64,000 nucleotides of DNA from Felis catus (Eukaryota), in contig NC_058368.1 in the NCBI RefSeq assembly GCF_018350175.1, positions 56,732,001-56,796,000 of the forward strand. The letters run 5' to 3'. Position numbers and translations under genes: made by a program. This document shows positions 62,774-64,000 of the stretch, piece by piece. A model generated the notes under the pieces. The model saw only the letters and a program-made list of their open reading frames with translations, was not told the origin of the DNA and did not search any database. Position 1 is the first letter of the stretch; every line of letters begins with the position of its first letter.

Positions 62774-62775
<2 letters not shown>

Positions 62776-62818
<43 letters not shown>
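62776..62818. repeat. (GT)n microsatellite
   Basis: Direct reading. Confidence 0.98.
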
Positions 62819-62819
<1 letters not shown>

Positions 62820-63729
62820 ATGTGTTTGTTTTAGTATACTTCTACCTTGAAAGGGAAAAAATAAGTAAGTAATAAGCAGGTAAATAAAATCAATTTGATA
62901 AGCATACAAATATTTTTTAAAAGTGATTAAAATCAACATCCCTAATTCAATAAATAAATATTCATATTCTCCTCCAGTTAGAATCTAGCTTTTTTAAGCT
63001 TCTGCCAATGTATAGTTATAAATTTCCCCAGTGACTTTAAACTTTATGTTTATTATGTAATAAATTATATATAATTTAATTGTCTGGACTGCTCTACAAA
63101 TGACAAGTATTATGTTTATGGTTGTACAGAATTTGACAGTAAATTGGGGTGTAGAAAACAAGATGAAAGGAGAATTTAGTAAAAGACAGCTAAAATTCTT
63201 TGACCATATATAACCAGAAAAAAATAAAGGTACAAAAAGAACACATATAAAACATTAAAATTGAGAATATAATAAGATATAATACAATATTGGATATTTT
63301 TCCTAGTCTTTTCTTGCTGTAGTTGGGTTGGATTTTGTTTGTTTTGTTTTATGACTTTTTTTTAACCAGTCAGTTTAAATTAAAACTAACTTCATTTATT
63401 TTCATGCACATTTAGATCCAAAGAAAGGGACTTTGAAAATTTTTGAAAATAGCTTACAATTAGTATTCAATAGATTTAAGGTTCAGTGTATTTTGAGTCA
63501 GTAGACATTTGATAAACAAATCATAAATCCATAATTCTTTTTTGTTTTTGTTTTTTTTAGTAATCAGAAATGGGAAGATTTAAGATAGTTCTTCCTACAT
63601 TCATTGAGCCTATGATTTGGGGAGATACAAGATATATACATAAAAATGTACAAAGCCAACAAGTAATTTTGTAAGCCTTATATTTTCCAGTCTTCAGTAA
63701 GAATTAAGAGTATTTTGGGGTTGTTTACT

Positions 63730-63860
63730 TAAACAGCAGTTTTGAAGCCCAATAATCAAAGAGTCTGGTTAAGCAGGTTTGGGGAAGAACTCAGAGATCT
63801 ACTCATTATTCTCCTGCATTCTAGTAATTTATAGAGAAAGGTTGAGAGAAACTGTTTTAA
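63730..63860. mobile_element. Possible MER5-like relic
   Basis: agagtctggttaagcaggtttgggg...ctcagagatct...gttgagagaaactg. Confidence 0.4.
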
Positions 63861-63903
63861 ACCCTCTAAAGAAATAATATATTCATTTAAAAAGGAGATG
63901 GTT

Positions 63904-64000
63904 GGGGTGCCTGAGTGTCTCAATTGGTATGCGTCTGACTTTGGCTCAGATCATGAACTCAAGGTTCATGAATTAGAGTCCAGTATTAAACAGAGCATGG
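63904..64000 (+). mobile_element. Can-SINE, running off the window end
   Basis: ggggtgcctgagtgtctcaattgg...ggctcagatcatgaactc. Confidence 0.85.

Noticed and set aside
7793..62821. Recurring peptides such as AQVMISQFVGSSP...SVLTAQSLEPASDSVS in many ORFs
   Set aside because: These are translations of Can-SINE bodies, not a gene family.
1..64000. CRISPR array, operon or other prokaryote-type system
   Set aside because: The DNA is clearly mammalian; there is no regular repeat-spacer array or gene cluster.

Overview
AT-rich, repeat-dense mammalian genomic DNA. The roughly 30 carnivore tRNA-derived Can-SINEs, including two very young copies of the felid SINEC_Fc type, point to a cat-family (Felidae) genome. 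I found no protein-coding gene, RNA gene or CRISPR array that I can identify. The ORF track is mostly read-through of SINEs, LINE-1 and microsatellites, and the remaining ORFs have no recognisable homology. The window looks like a gene desert or a large intron. It contains an old ERV-L proviral remnant with LTR33-like ends (~2.0-6.0 kb) and a second ERV-L gag-pro-RT fragment (~18.8-20.6 kb). It also holds a 450-bp solo LTR with a 6-bp target-site duplication and a betaretrovirus-like terminus (6783-7232), two carnivore LINE-1 3' ends, MLT1 LTRs, Tigger2a, MER96, L2/MIR relics and many microsatellites. The most notable observations are the solo LTR, several perfect inverted repeats that look like template-switch products (one inside a SINE), a triplicated target site, two weak phase-compatible minus-strand exon candidates and two CpG-retaining, motif-rich unique segments. 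I do not see evidence for a new multi-component biological system. Repeat family names come from recalled consensus sequences, not a database search, and most boundaries of old elements are approximate.
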